Source of the DNA: a virus
Lineage: Duplodnaviria; Heunggongvirae; Uroviricota; Caudoviricetes; Schitoviridae
Strand: one strand, 5' to 3'
Virus record (IMG/VR): IMGVR_UViG_2595698760_000001
Location: 1 to 64,000 of that record
DNA length: 64,000 nucleotides
The translations under genes and the position numbers were made by a program. Positions 1 to 7,428 of this stretch are shown piece by piece (the stretch's first letter is position 1; every line of letters begins with the position of its first letter). Below the pieces are notes generated by a model. That model saw nothing but the letters and a program-made list of their open reading frames with translations, was not told where the DNA came from and searched no databases.

Positions 1-29
1 GGGGCGCTACACTCTCAAAGTGGAGACTA

Positions 30-38
30 CCCCCCCCC
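30..38. repeat. Homopolymeric C9 tract near the left end of the window
   Basis: Nine consecutive C at 30-38, directly upstream of the first TAAC hairpin. Confidence 0.6.
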
Positions 39-49
39 ATGTTCTACAC

Positions 50-59
50 GCCTAACGGC
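50..59 (+). promoter_or_regulatory. Stem-TAAC-stem hairpin #1 (GCC-TAAC-GGC); candidate hairpin promoter for the virion RNAP
   Basis: Inverted repeat with a TAAC loop about 46 nt upstream of the ATG at 101. The same C-TAAC-G hairpin recurs at 502, 1075 and 5397. The stem here is only 3 bp. Confidence 0.3.
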
Positions 60-100
60 TATTGTGGCACTCATGCCCACTTAACCTTAGGAGTATTATC

Positions 101-430
101 ATGGCTCGTCGTACAACAGTTGGCTCAGTAACTGGCGCACTCATTGACTCAATGGAAGTAGTCAGCAATGTAGCTGGCACTCTCTCTGATTCAGTAGCAC
201 ATGTGCGTACAGCAGTAGAAGGCTTAGGCTATAAGGCTCATGTATTCCGTGAGTCAGCAAAGCTGGATGCACAAATCGAACTAGGCAAGATGAAGTCTGA
301 CAAGACTCTCGCTGCCAAAGTTGACTTAGCTAAGCAGAAAGCTGAAGTACAACGCTTAATGCAAACAGACAAAGAACTTGCTGCTGTCTGGAATGAAGTT
401 GACGCTGAAGTTAACAAGTGGTTTGAGTAA
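101..430 (+). CDS. Hypothetical early protein (coiled-coil-like, 109 aa)
   Basis: AGGAG Shine-Dalgarno then ATG at 101 inside track ORF 62..430. Charged K/E/A-rich sequence. Confidence 0.6.
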   Translation: MARRTTVGSVTGALIDSMEVVSNVAGTLSDSVAHVRTAVEGLGYKAHVFRESAKLDAQIELGKMKSDKTLAAKVDLAKQKAEVQRLMQTDKELAAVWNEVDAEVNKWFE

Positions 431-435
431 CCTAT

Positions 436-453
436 GGCTCCCTAAAGGGAGCC
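436..453 (+). terminator. GGCTCCC-TAAA-GGGAGCC hairpin immediately after the stop codon (no U-tract)
   Basis: Perfect 7-bp stem with a 4-nt loop starting 6 nt after the stop at 430. No T-run follows, so it may be a terminator or an RNA stability element. Confidence 0.35.
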
Positions 454-501
454 TAAACCCTATCTACACAACTACACAAAACATTGGATAGTTCGGTAGT
501 G

Positions 502-515
502 TGACCTAACGGTCA
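502..515 (+). promoter_or_regulatory. Stem-TAAC-stem hairpin #2 (TGACC-TAAC-GGTCA)
   Basis: 5-bp perfect stem with a TAAC loop. Its 3' arm overlaps the ATG at 515, and the next in-frame ATG at 545 lies 37 nt from the loop centre. Confidence 0.4.
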
Positions 516-781
516 TGTTAGTTAACTCTAACAGGACATCTCCAATGCTCGCCTTTGAACTCACTCAAGTAGAAATCCGTACTGAATTCGACTTCATCAC
601 TTTGCAGCTTGACCTGCAAATCATTCAAAGAAAGCTCACTGCCCTAAATAAACAAGTGGACTATTGCCTAATAGAACACGACAAAACAGGTGCTGCCAAA
701 GTCATGAGAGTAATCGAAGAATGGCAATTCACCTATGAAGAACAAATCGTCATCCTAAATAACCTGTATGGGAATATCTAA
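515..781 (+). CDS. Hypothetical early protein (88 aa; alternative start at 545 gives 78 aa)
   Basis: Track ORF. If the hairpin at 502-515 is a promoter, the ATG at 545 in the same frame is the likelier start. Confidence 0.5.
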   Translation: MLVNSNRTSPMLAFELTQVEIRTEFDFITLQLDLQIIQRKLTALNKQVDYCLIEHDKTGAAKVMRVIEEWQFTYEEQIVILNNLYGNI

Positions 782-782
782 A

Positions 783-938
783 ATGCTCTATCCATTGAAC
801 CAAGCACAGAAATACACTCCTCGTTATGACCTCATCAAACAAGTTGCAGAGAAGCTAGATGCTGAACGTGCTCGCTCTGAACAAGAAGACAAAACCATTG
901 AAGTCCTCAGGACTACGGAGCAAGTATGGCTACGTTAA
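783..938 (+). CDS. Small hypothetical protein (51 aa)
   Basis: ATG at 783 two nt after the preceding stop. Below the 60-aa threshold of the ORF track. Protein-like composition. Confidence 0.35.
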   Translation: MLYPLNQAQKYTPRYDLIKQVAEKLDAERARSEQEDKTIEVLRTTEQVWLR

Positions 939-1033
939 ATAAAGACATTCGTGAAGCTAAAATAAACAAAGTCCTCATTGGACTGTTTATTCTGGTTGCC
1001 ACAGTTGGCCCTTCAGTGGTCAACATGCTCTAA
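926..1033 (+). CDS. Small hydrophobic peptide (35 aa, single predicted TM)
   Basis: GGAG Shine-Dalgarno 8 nt upstream of the ATG at 926. Hydrophobic core LIGLFILVATVG. Confidence 0.3.
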   Translation: MATLNKDIREAKINKVLIGLFILVATVGPSVVNML

Positions 1034-1038
1034 ATCCT

Positions 1039-1058
1039 GGTGCTGCTTCGGCGGCACC
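1039..1058 (+). terminator. UUCG-tetraloop hairpin (GGTGCTGC-TTCG-GCGGCACC) in the intergenic region
   Basis: 8-bp stem with one G·U pair and a TTCG loop, followed by T-rich tctgctcatttgtt. It sits just upstream of TAAC hairpin #3, giving a terminator-promoter tandem. Confidence 0.4.
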
Positions 1059-1074
1059 TCTGCTCATTTGTTAT

Positions 1075-1088
1075 GGCCCTAACGGGCC
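1075..1088 (+). promoter_or_regulatory. Stem-TAAC-stem hairpin #3 (GGCCC-TAAC-GGGCC)
   Basis: 5-bp GC stem with a TAAC loop, about 50 nt upstream of the ATG at 1132. Confidence 0.45.
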
Positions 1089-1131
1089 TTCTGGCAATAA
1101 TGCCAAACCTTTTAAATTCGGAGAATTAAAT

Positions 1132-1518
1132 ATGTCTATCTTAAACGCTGTTGCTCAGGCTGCTACTTCAACTCCTGCTACCACCTCTACCAAATCACAG
1201 CGTAAGCCTGCTGAATTGTGGGTGAACATCGGTATCGAACTGCCGAATGGCCAGTTCATCAAGCTGCCTTACAACCTGCCGCTCGACGATATGAACAAGC
1301 TGGAAATGCGTGGTCAGAATCAGGAGTGGTTGCAGGAAGCACAGGCACGTAACATGCTTCTGGACGTGCTGAAACAGCAGGCCAGCTCACTGCCTCAGGG
1401 CGAGTCTCAGGTGTTGGGTGAACTCAAAGTTCAACTGTTCCGCCGCTCAGCAGATGCGTCTGTTGACGAAGGCGAGAACCCACTGATGGCTGCTCTGATG
1501 CAGGCACTCAACAAATAA
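1132..1518 (+). CDS. Hypothetical early protein (128 aa)
   Basis: GGAGA Shine-Dalgarno. The leader and first codons (CGGAGAATTAAATATGTCTATC) are nearly identical to those of the gene at 5444. Followed by an intrinsic terminator. Confidence 0.65.
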   Translation: MSILNAVAQAATSTPATTSTKSQRKPAELWVNIGIELPNGQFIKLPYNLPLDDMNKLEMRGQNQEWLQEAQARNMLLDVLKQQASSLPQGESQVLGELKVQLFRRSADASVDEGENPLMAALMQALNK

Positions 1519-1525
1519 TCTCATT

Positions 1526-1558
1526 GCTCACTCCTTCGGGAGTGGGCGTTATTTTTTC
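1526..1558 (+). terminator. Rho-independent terminator (GCTCACTCC-TTCG-GGAGTGGGC followed by a T6 run)
   Basis: 9-bp stem with a UUCG tetraloop followed by ttattttttc. Confidence 0.8.
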
Positions 1559-1717
1559 ACTGGTGATAGTCCATGGAAATATTGCGTATCATCGACCTCA
1601 TTCATGTTGCACTCGTAATTGATTATGGTGCTATGAGCCATCACTTAGAAATGAAGGAATACATCGAATATGTCGGTGTAGATATTACAGTCCTGGGCCA
1701 ATGCACAGAGGTATGCA

Positions 1718-1894
1718 ATGGGATACACCTCAATCACTGCGATACTTAATCTCCTAAATGATGCGTTAGCTGAATGGGCTGAAGATAATCCTGATGCTTA
1801 TAAAGCAGTAAGAGATTGTCCTGTTCTGAAAGTAATAGATGACCAGCTTGAGCATCTAACTAATGTTAAGACTGGTAAGCTATGGCTAACATAA
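1718..1894 (+). CDS. Small hypothetical protein (58 aa)
   Basis: AGAGG Shine-Dalgarno 9 nt upstream of the ATG at 1718. Clean 58-codon ORF missed by the 60-aa track threshold. Confidence 0.4.
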   Translation: MGYTSITAILNLLNDALAEWAEDNPDAYKAVRDCPVLKVIDDQLEHLTNVKTGKLWLT

Positions 1895-2050
1895 TGTTTA
1901 TTCTGGTGTGTCTTGATGACTGTTTAGAAGCAACACATAGCAGAACCAAACATACCAAATATAAATACTGGGTAATAGATAACGGCTTAACTCTCATTAA
2001 TGATGGGACGTGTAAAGCAACATCCTTACTGGATAAGTGGAGAACAAGTT

Positions 2051-2233
2051 ATGCAATTGTCAGAGCTGATAAGAGTCTTTACTGAGCACTGTCACATGGA
2101 GTGGGCATTCGGTATGTCCATGGCAGAAATGGCATTGCCACCTGCCTGCTATGAGGCAGAGAAAAACCTGCAACTCATCAACCTGTTGAACAGTCGTGAG
2201 CAGGTAGGTGAATTTTATAAACCTAAATGGTAA
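2051..2233 (+). CDS. Small hypothetical protein (60 aa)
   Basis: GGAGAA Shine-Dalgarno 6 nt upstream of the ATG at 2051, inside track ORF 2000..2233. Confidence 0.35.
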   Translation: MQLSELIRVFTEHCHMEWAFGMSMAEMALPPACYEAEKNLQLINLLNSREQVGEFYKPKW

Positions 2234-2421
2234 AAACCAAAAACCGAGCCATGTCGGCTAAAGGGTGCCTAAATGCTAAGGTATGAAATGCCCAGGCTGG
2301 ATTTACTGGGAATCCTGGATAATCTGTTCATCTTTCGGGAGTTCATTGATGGCACTCCAGAGGGTGGCACCAGCCTCATGTATCGGATGATGGAGTACCA
2401 TCTTGACCCGGAGTTAGACCA

Positions 2422-2586
2422 ATGAACATTCATGAAATCATCCGGTATTACCTTCCCTATTTCGATTCCCATAATCGAAAGAGCTTTGACCAGAGGTTAT
2501 ACCTAACCTCTCGTACAATCTCTCGTCGTCAGTATGCGAGGATGTGGGAACCCTGCTTACTGGAGCATCTGCATGGCAATAGATAA
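2422..2586 (+). CDS. Small hypothetical protein (54 aa)
   Basis: ATGA start/stop overlap with the upstream 50-aa ORF 2273..2425. Protein-like sequence MNIHEIIRYYLPYFDSHNRK. Confidence 0.35.
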   Translation: MNIHEIIRYYLPYFDSHNRKSFDQRLYLTSRTISRRQYARMWEPCLLEHLHGNR

Positions 2587-2899
2587 ACCACCATTGAGCC
2601 GGCTGGTATGGGTTGTCTACAACACCCTGGGAGGCAGAAAGCCTCATCCTGTACCTCTGGGCAGGGAAGCAAATGAGCTTCTCAGAACGCTCCAGACACC
2701 GTACTGGAGAGCCTATCGAATGAGGAAATATGGCCATTGAGTATCAGTGAATTATTACTGCAGCGTGTGCCTGGTCAGGGAATACGAACTGTATTATCTG
2801 AGATTAGCTCACACGGAGTTATTCCAAAATGGTGGCCGGCTCACCTAATGGCAGCACGACTATGCACCTATCAGAAATAGTTAATCTGTTTATTAACCG

Positions 2900-3145
2900 G
2901 TGGCCAAAGAGAATGCCAACAGGAATTATGTCTCACACTTTCATTATGCAAATAGTGGCTGTCAAAGACCGTCCTCAATTAATAAGGATACTGACGTGAA
3001 CCATCAACTGCTGCTTATATTGGAACAGAACTGGGCCACCATGGAAGGCACCATCCTCAGGGGTGGAAGGAACAATGGCTGGAAGCTGATGCGTACTCTG
3101 CTTGACCTGTCAGGCAAGAGAACCAAAGCACGCTGGAACTGCTAA
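2900..3145 (+). CDS. Hypothetical small protein (81 aa)
   Basis: Track ORF with a GTG start. Its stop is adjacent to the start of the 3145 ORF. Confidence 0.25.
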   Translation: MAKENANRNYVSHFHYANSGCQRPSSINKDTDVNHQLLLILEQNWATMEGTILRGGRNNGWKLMRTLLDLSGKRTKARWNC

Positions 3146-3484
3146 TGGGCACCGGCAGTATCATCCACCTGTATGTGCTTGCCACCATGGATGTACAGCC
3201 TACGGCGCCAGGCTACGATGCAGTGATGGGCTACACCAATCTGGTATGGAACAATTTCCCAAATGACCCAGAACTCTCAACCCTCCTGCACGATACCGCT
3301 CAGCAGAGTGCTATTCGCTGCACTGTACTGGCAATGCCAACCGACTGAGTGGACAGACTGGGAATCCGTCCCAGACTGCATGAACGGGAGCCTATATTTC
3401 CATGGCGACAAGTGCCTCATCTCCACCCTGGTCAGAGCCTGGCAACAAGACAGACTCGACTCCCTATTTACTTAGCCGCTTGCT

Positions 3485-3781
3485 GTGGCTCTATTACGAG
3501 AGGTCGTCATGCGACGAAACAATCAGTACGGATTTTACGGACGCAGCAGTAAACAAATACTGCTCGATGAAGTGTCTCGACCGGATTCACCTATTAACCC
3601 TGCTTCGATTCAGTTCGTCATAGCGGCTGCACACCTGGCATTGAAAGATGCCTATAACTTTGGGACGACACCGCGGCAACGTAAGCGTCAGACCAAATTC
3701 GCTAACCGCTTCAAAACCCATCTGTCAGTGACGAGGCACATGTATGAGTTATTCGGGTGTAACGGTATCGAGTATCGTTAG
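3485..3781 (+). CDS. Hypothetical small protein (98 aa), the longest ORF in the block
   Basis: Track ORF. Basic protein. Confidence 0.3.
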   Translation: MALLREVVMRRNNQYGFYGRSSKQILLDEVSRPDSPINPASIQFVIAAAHLALKDAYNFGTTPRQRKRQTKFANRFKTHLSVTRHMYELFGCNGIEYR

Positions 3782-4477
3782 GCTGTTCCTGCCTATTGCA
3801 CGAGACCCCAAATATCATCGTATTCCTGCCGGCCGTAAACGTGGGTGGATATGTCGAATTGGCAGAGCCAAAATCGGCATGACACTCATGAAGTTCAACC
3901 GCATGAACCATCAAGACAGAGAGGAATATAATGCCTGGTTCATACACAACGATTACCGCCGTTATGAGGCCACTCATACGGATGATGCACTACGAGTCCT
4001 TCCATCTGGATGACCCCAGAGTAAAAGAGCTTGTAATGGCTCTCAGCCGTGCTGACGGCAGAACCGTCCAACTGTGTATTCACCTTGCAAGGCTGGGCTA
4101 TGCAGATAACTGAAATCATTTACATCATGTATGCCACCAACCATAACGGCTGGGCACTCAATAAAGAGTTTGCCCTGCGGTCACCACTGACCATAAGTCG
4201 TGGCTGGTGGATACTGCAGGCGAACCACTATGAGCTGCTTGAACGTGTTGTTGGCAATAAGGTGGTGCCTGATTAACCGGTATCTGGGGGAGGACTTCGA
4301 CCGAACCATGGACAAATACCTGCGCCAGGAGTTTGGCTGTCAGTTCATACCAGAGCAATATCCACCAAGTCTCTCTATGAGACTGTCTTCTTCGGTTTCC
4401 AGAAATGCGCACAATTAACCTGCTGCGGATAATGATGCGGTTGCACAGCCGAACGCATCTAATCACAACAGCCTGCA

Positions 4478-4729
4478 TTGGTCGTGGCTATGACCAAAAA
4501 CGTGGGCTGCTTCAATACCAATTCATCAAACAACTGGGAGCTGCCTATGGAGATGAGTCAAATAGTTTGCTTATTCCTGAAGAGAACAAACCGACGCTCT
4601 AAGCGTTCTTTGAAGGGATGGGTATCAAGCCAGCGTCTCAAGGAGATAACGTCTCAGGTAGCCATACAGCGCTTCTGTGACCGTATGGAGAAGCTCTATG
4701 CTCATATCCATAATCTGCAAGATAGCTGA
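4478..4729 (+). CDS. Hypothetical small protein (83 aa; internal GGGAG Shine-Dalgarno with ATG at 4547)
   Basis: Track ORF. An internal ATG preceded by GGGAG suggests a shorter product. Confidence 0.25.
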   Translation: MVVAMTKNVGCFNTNSSNNWELPMEMSQIVCLFLKRTNRRSKRSLKGWVSSQRLKEITSQVAIQRFCDRMEKLYAHIHNLQDS

Positions 4730-5136
4730 ATCTGCCATCCGTACTGACGACGTTAACTTCGAGCTGTACTGGTGGGCCTGCCAATGGCACAACGCCAGAG
4801 CCGGCTATGTGGAAAACAGCCTGACCCTCAAATTGCTTCTTCTGGAGCAAGACAATGAACATCACCACCATCCTGTATCTGTACCTGCTGCAGCAAAACC
4901 GGGTAGCAACATTCCTCATCCCTGAGGAGCTGGTGTACCTGGGGAACGACTGCCGTAAGTCAGGAGCCACCAACAACCTATGGCTAATAAACGAACGGTA
5001 TCTTACATCCTTGCGAGATACCTTAAAGGCTGCGACAAGCAAGCCGACCTGAGCTATGCACTGTGCCGTGACTGGCATGAGTACATGGACTTCTCAATCA
5101 CCAAGCGATACCGACTAAGAGGAATGGCCCTGGCCA

Positions 5137-5367
5137 TTGTGGAAGCGTATGGCCCAATCCCACCAGAGGTTTATTGACTTCGCTGGCTCAGCACTATTGG
5201 GCTGGGAGCCAGACGAAGCTGTACTGGTATGCGAAATCGTGTACCTGATTTATTGGACAACACCTGGCAATGAGCAATTCGGGCACCGTGCTGAATTTGA
5301 TGTTATGGGCAGCGGTGGCCTGATGAATCAGCTCTGCCGAATCAATGAGGAGGACATTCCGTTCTGA
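5137..5367 (+). CDS. Hypothetical small protein (76 aa)
   Basis: Track ORF, the last one before TAAC hairpin #4. Confidence 0.3.
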   Translation: MWKRMAQSHQRFIDFAGSALLGWEPDEAVLVCEIVYLIYWTTPGNEQFGHRAEFDVMGSGGLMNQLCRINEEDIPF

Positions 5368-5396
5368 CCTCTCTTTTCTTTGTTGCTCCGCTGCGT

Positions 5397-5410
5397 CGGC
5401 CTAACGGCCG
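5397..5410 (+). promoter_or_regulatory. Stem-TAAC-stem hairpin #4 (CGGCC-TAAC-GGCCG) heading the DUF2493-RNAPII operon
   Basis: 5-bp GC stem with a TAAC loop, about 41 nt upstream of the ATG at 5444. The downstream leader duplicates that of the 1132 gene. Confidence 0.45.
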
Positions 5411-5443
5411 TGTCGGTTTCTATCTATCAATCGGAGAATAAAT

Positions 5444-5638
5444 ATGTCTATCAAACCAATCGTTCATGAATACAAGGTGCATTACTCACGAGCTGAACGT
5501 GTGTGGTCTGTCAGTACCAAAAAGGGACTGACGCATCTGATTCGCCTGAACACCAAGTTCTATTACGTGGACAAGAAGCCTTATCGCTATCTGCGTGATG
5601 CAATCATGGCTGTCCTGTTACGGGATGAGGTCGTATGA
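5444..5638 (+). CDS. Hypothetical protein (64 aa), first gene of the operon
   Basis: GGAGA Shine-Dalgarno. The start context CGGAGAATAAATATGTCTATC is shared with the ORF at 1132. ATGA overlap with the next gene. Confidence 0.6.
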   Translation: MSIKPIVHEYKVHYSRAERVWSVSTKKGLTHLIRLNTKFYYVDKKPYRYLRDAIMAVLLRDEVV

Positions 5639-5991
5639 ATGTCATCGTTGCTGGAGGCCGGGACTTCACTGATACGGAGCGTATGCACCGTGAACTCATC
5701 ATCCTTTGTAAAGCTGGCCACGTTGATGCCGATGCCACCCTCGTATGTGGTATGGCTCGTGGTGCAGACATTACTGCATTCCGTCTATGGAAGCAGTTTG
5801 GCAATCCGATAATCGAGATGCCGGCTGACTGGGATAGCTGGGGCAAGCGAGCTGGCTATATCCGTAACACGGAGATGGCCCGCAAAGCTGATGTGCTGGT
5901 GGCATTCTGGGACGGTGAGTCCCGTGGCACCGGCCACATGATTAGCACCATGGCTGCGATGAACAAGCCTGTCTATGTCGTGAGGTACTGA
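5635..5991 (+). CDS. DUF2493/SLOG-family Rossmann-fold protein (YspA/DprA-LOG-like)
   Basis: Motifs VIVAGGRDF, GMARGAD, PADWDSWGKRAGYIRN, FWDGESRGTGHMI and KPVYVV are typical of the DUF2493 family. Confidence 0.6.
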   Translation: MNVIVAGGRDFTDTERMHRELIILCKAGHVDADATLVCGMARGADITAFRLWKQFGNPIIEMPADWDSWGKRAGYIRNTEMARKADVLVAFWDGESRGTGHMISTMAAMNKPVYVVRY

Positions 5992-6182
5992 TGAGCCAAC
6001 TCATTAATAAGCTGCGCCGAGCCATCAAACACCATGTGGCTGCTCAGGCTGAACTGGACTGGAAGGGTAGTCGTCATCCCGACGACTGGCCGGCCATTGA
6101 CCGGGAGGCTGCTCGTGCAAAGAAACGCCTCGACGAGGTGATTGCGTCTATTCAACTGAAACTGGAGTTCCCTGATTCATGA
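5991..6182 (+). CDS. Hypothetical protein (63 aa)
   Basis: Overlapping junctions with both neighbours. Confidence 0.5.
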   Translation: MSQLINKLRRAIKHHVAAQAELDWKGSRHPDDWPAIDREAARAKKRLDEVIASIQLKLEFPDS

Positions 6183-6985
6183 AAGCTGATACCCAACGTC
6201 TCATTGAGACCATGTATAGCAAGCACCAGACCATGGACTTGCTGATGAGTGAGTTCAAGAACGAACCATTCATAACCAACCTCGTTGACCAGTCTGGCCT
6301 GGAGGCTGACTTCTGTTATGCCCTGTTATGCCAGATGGCGCTGCACAAGCGTGCCAAGGTGGATGTGCTGGTAGGTGTAATGGCTCGCCACGGTGAGACG
6401 TTGCAACAGGTAACAGACATGCTTGTTTCGGCTGCAGAGGCTGACCTCGTAGATTTTAATCCTGCGATTCACCAGTTCATCATTAAGTGGCAACCCGAGC
6501 AAAAGGTGTATGACCTGATTGATAAATATCAGTTCCTGCCACCGATGATTGTGCCGCCGCTGCCGGTAACCGGTAACAAAGGCCGTGGCCACCTGACCTG
6601 TAAGGACAGTCTGATTCTGAAGAACAACCACCATGACGGAGACATCTGTCTGGATGTGGTGAACCTGAAGAACCAGATTCCCCTTCAGATAAACGTGGAT
6701 GTCGTAATGGGCATCCGCAACAAGTGGAAGAACCTCAATCGCTGTAAGCCTGGCGAAACCTTCGAGGACTTCCAGAAGCGTGTCGAAGCGTTTGAACGTT
6801 TCGAGAAGCTCACCATGAAAGACATGGCGCTCATGGTCAATAACGACAATGAGTTCTACTTCACTCATGCGTATGACAAGCGTGGCCGCAGCTACTGCAG
6901 CGGTTACACCATCAACTATCAGGGCAATGACTACCAGAAGGCAGTCGTTGAATTCAAAGACGAAGAAATCGTAGAGGGCTTCTAA
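6179..6985 (+). CDS. RNA polymerase II small subunit (N4 gp15-like, 268 aa)
   Basis: Size and position immediately upstream of the catalytic subunit, as in N4 where gp15 is 269 aa. No catalytic motifs are expected in this subunit. Confidence 0.55.
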   Translation: MKADTQRLIETMYSKHQTMDLLMSEFKNEPFITNLVDQSGLEADFCYALLCQMALHKRAKVDVLVGVMARHGETLQQVTDMLVSAAEADLVDFNPAIHQFIIKWQPEQKVYDLIDKYQFLPPMIVPPLPVTGNKGRGHLTCKDSLILKNNHHDGDICLDVVNLKNQIPLQINVDVVMGIRNKWKNLNRCKPGETFEDFQKRVEAFERFEKLTMKDMALMVNNDNEFYFTHAYDKRGRSYCSGYTINYQGNDYQKAVVEFKDEEIVEGF

Positions 6986-7237
6986 ATGGCTAATATGCAG
7001 CAGCAACTGACCGAACTGAAAGAAGTGGCAGTAGCAATGAAGAACAACCGTATCCGCATCCGTGAAATCTTCTGTGACAAGAACCCAGAGTGCAAAGCAG
7101 CCTGCGGCTGTCAGCCTGATGGGAAGAACTACGACGACTCCAAGTGTCCGTTGTTCAAACATGATGCCAAGGGCATCGAAGACGAACTCGACTTCGAGTA
7201 CAACCAGGCAATCATTCTGGGGAACATTACCGAATGA
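6986..7237 (+). CDS. Cys-rich small protein (83 aa)
   Basis: Motif CDKNPECKAACGC...C. Inserted between the two RNAPII subunit genes. Confidence 0.5.
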   Translation: MANMQQQLTELKEVAVAMKNNRIRIREIFCDKNPECKAACGCQPDGKNYDDSKCPLFKHDAKGIEDELDFEYNQAIILGNITE

Positions 7238-7419
7238 CATTCGTCTGCGCATTTCTCACTATCGTCCACCTGGCGATGACCGGCGCATTAGTCTGGCTCT
7301 CTGGTGTCTGCTATAGAGAGAAGCGGATTAGTAACGCCAAGTTTTACGCAGTGGGTGCAGCATTTCTCGCGGTGCCCACAGCTATCTGGGCAGCAAATTT
7401 AATCCTTCGTATTTCATAG
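7234..7419 (+). CDS. Small membrane protein (61 aa, 2 predicted TM)
   Basis: Two hydrophobic helices. ATGA overlap with the upstream gene. Confidence 0.5.
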   Translation: MTFVCAFLTIVHLAMTGALVWLSGVCYREKRISNAKFYAVGAAFLAVPTAIWAANLILRIS

Positions 7420-7428
7420 GAACCAATC

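Larger units (their letters stand above)
1560..5380 (+). other. About 3.8-kb early-region block of very short ORFs (about 40-100 aa) with no long ORF; putative host-takeover mini-genes
   Basis: About 20 ORFs of at least 60 aa on the + strand versus 5 on the − strand. Several under-60-aa ORFs have Shine-Dalgarno sites and ATGA junctions (for example 1718, 2051, 2422). No TAAC hairpin lies inside the block. Confidence 0.4.

Noticed and set aside
6326-7252. 308-aa − strand ORF antisense to the RNAPII small subunit
   Set aside because: It is fully embedded antisense in a well-supported + strand operon with ATGA junctions, and it has a low-complexity V/L/H-rich translation typical of antisense frames.
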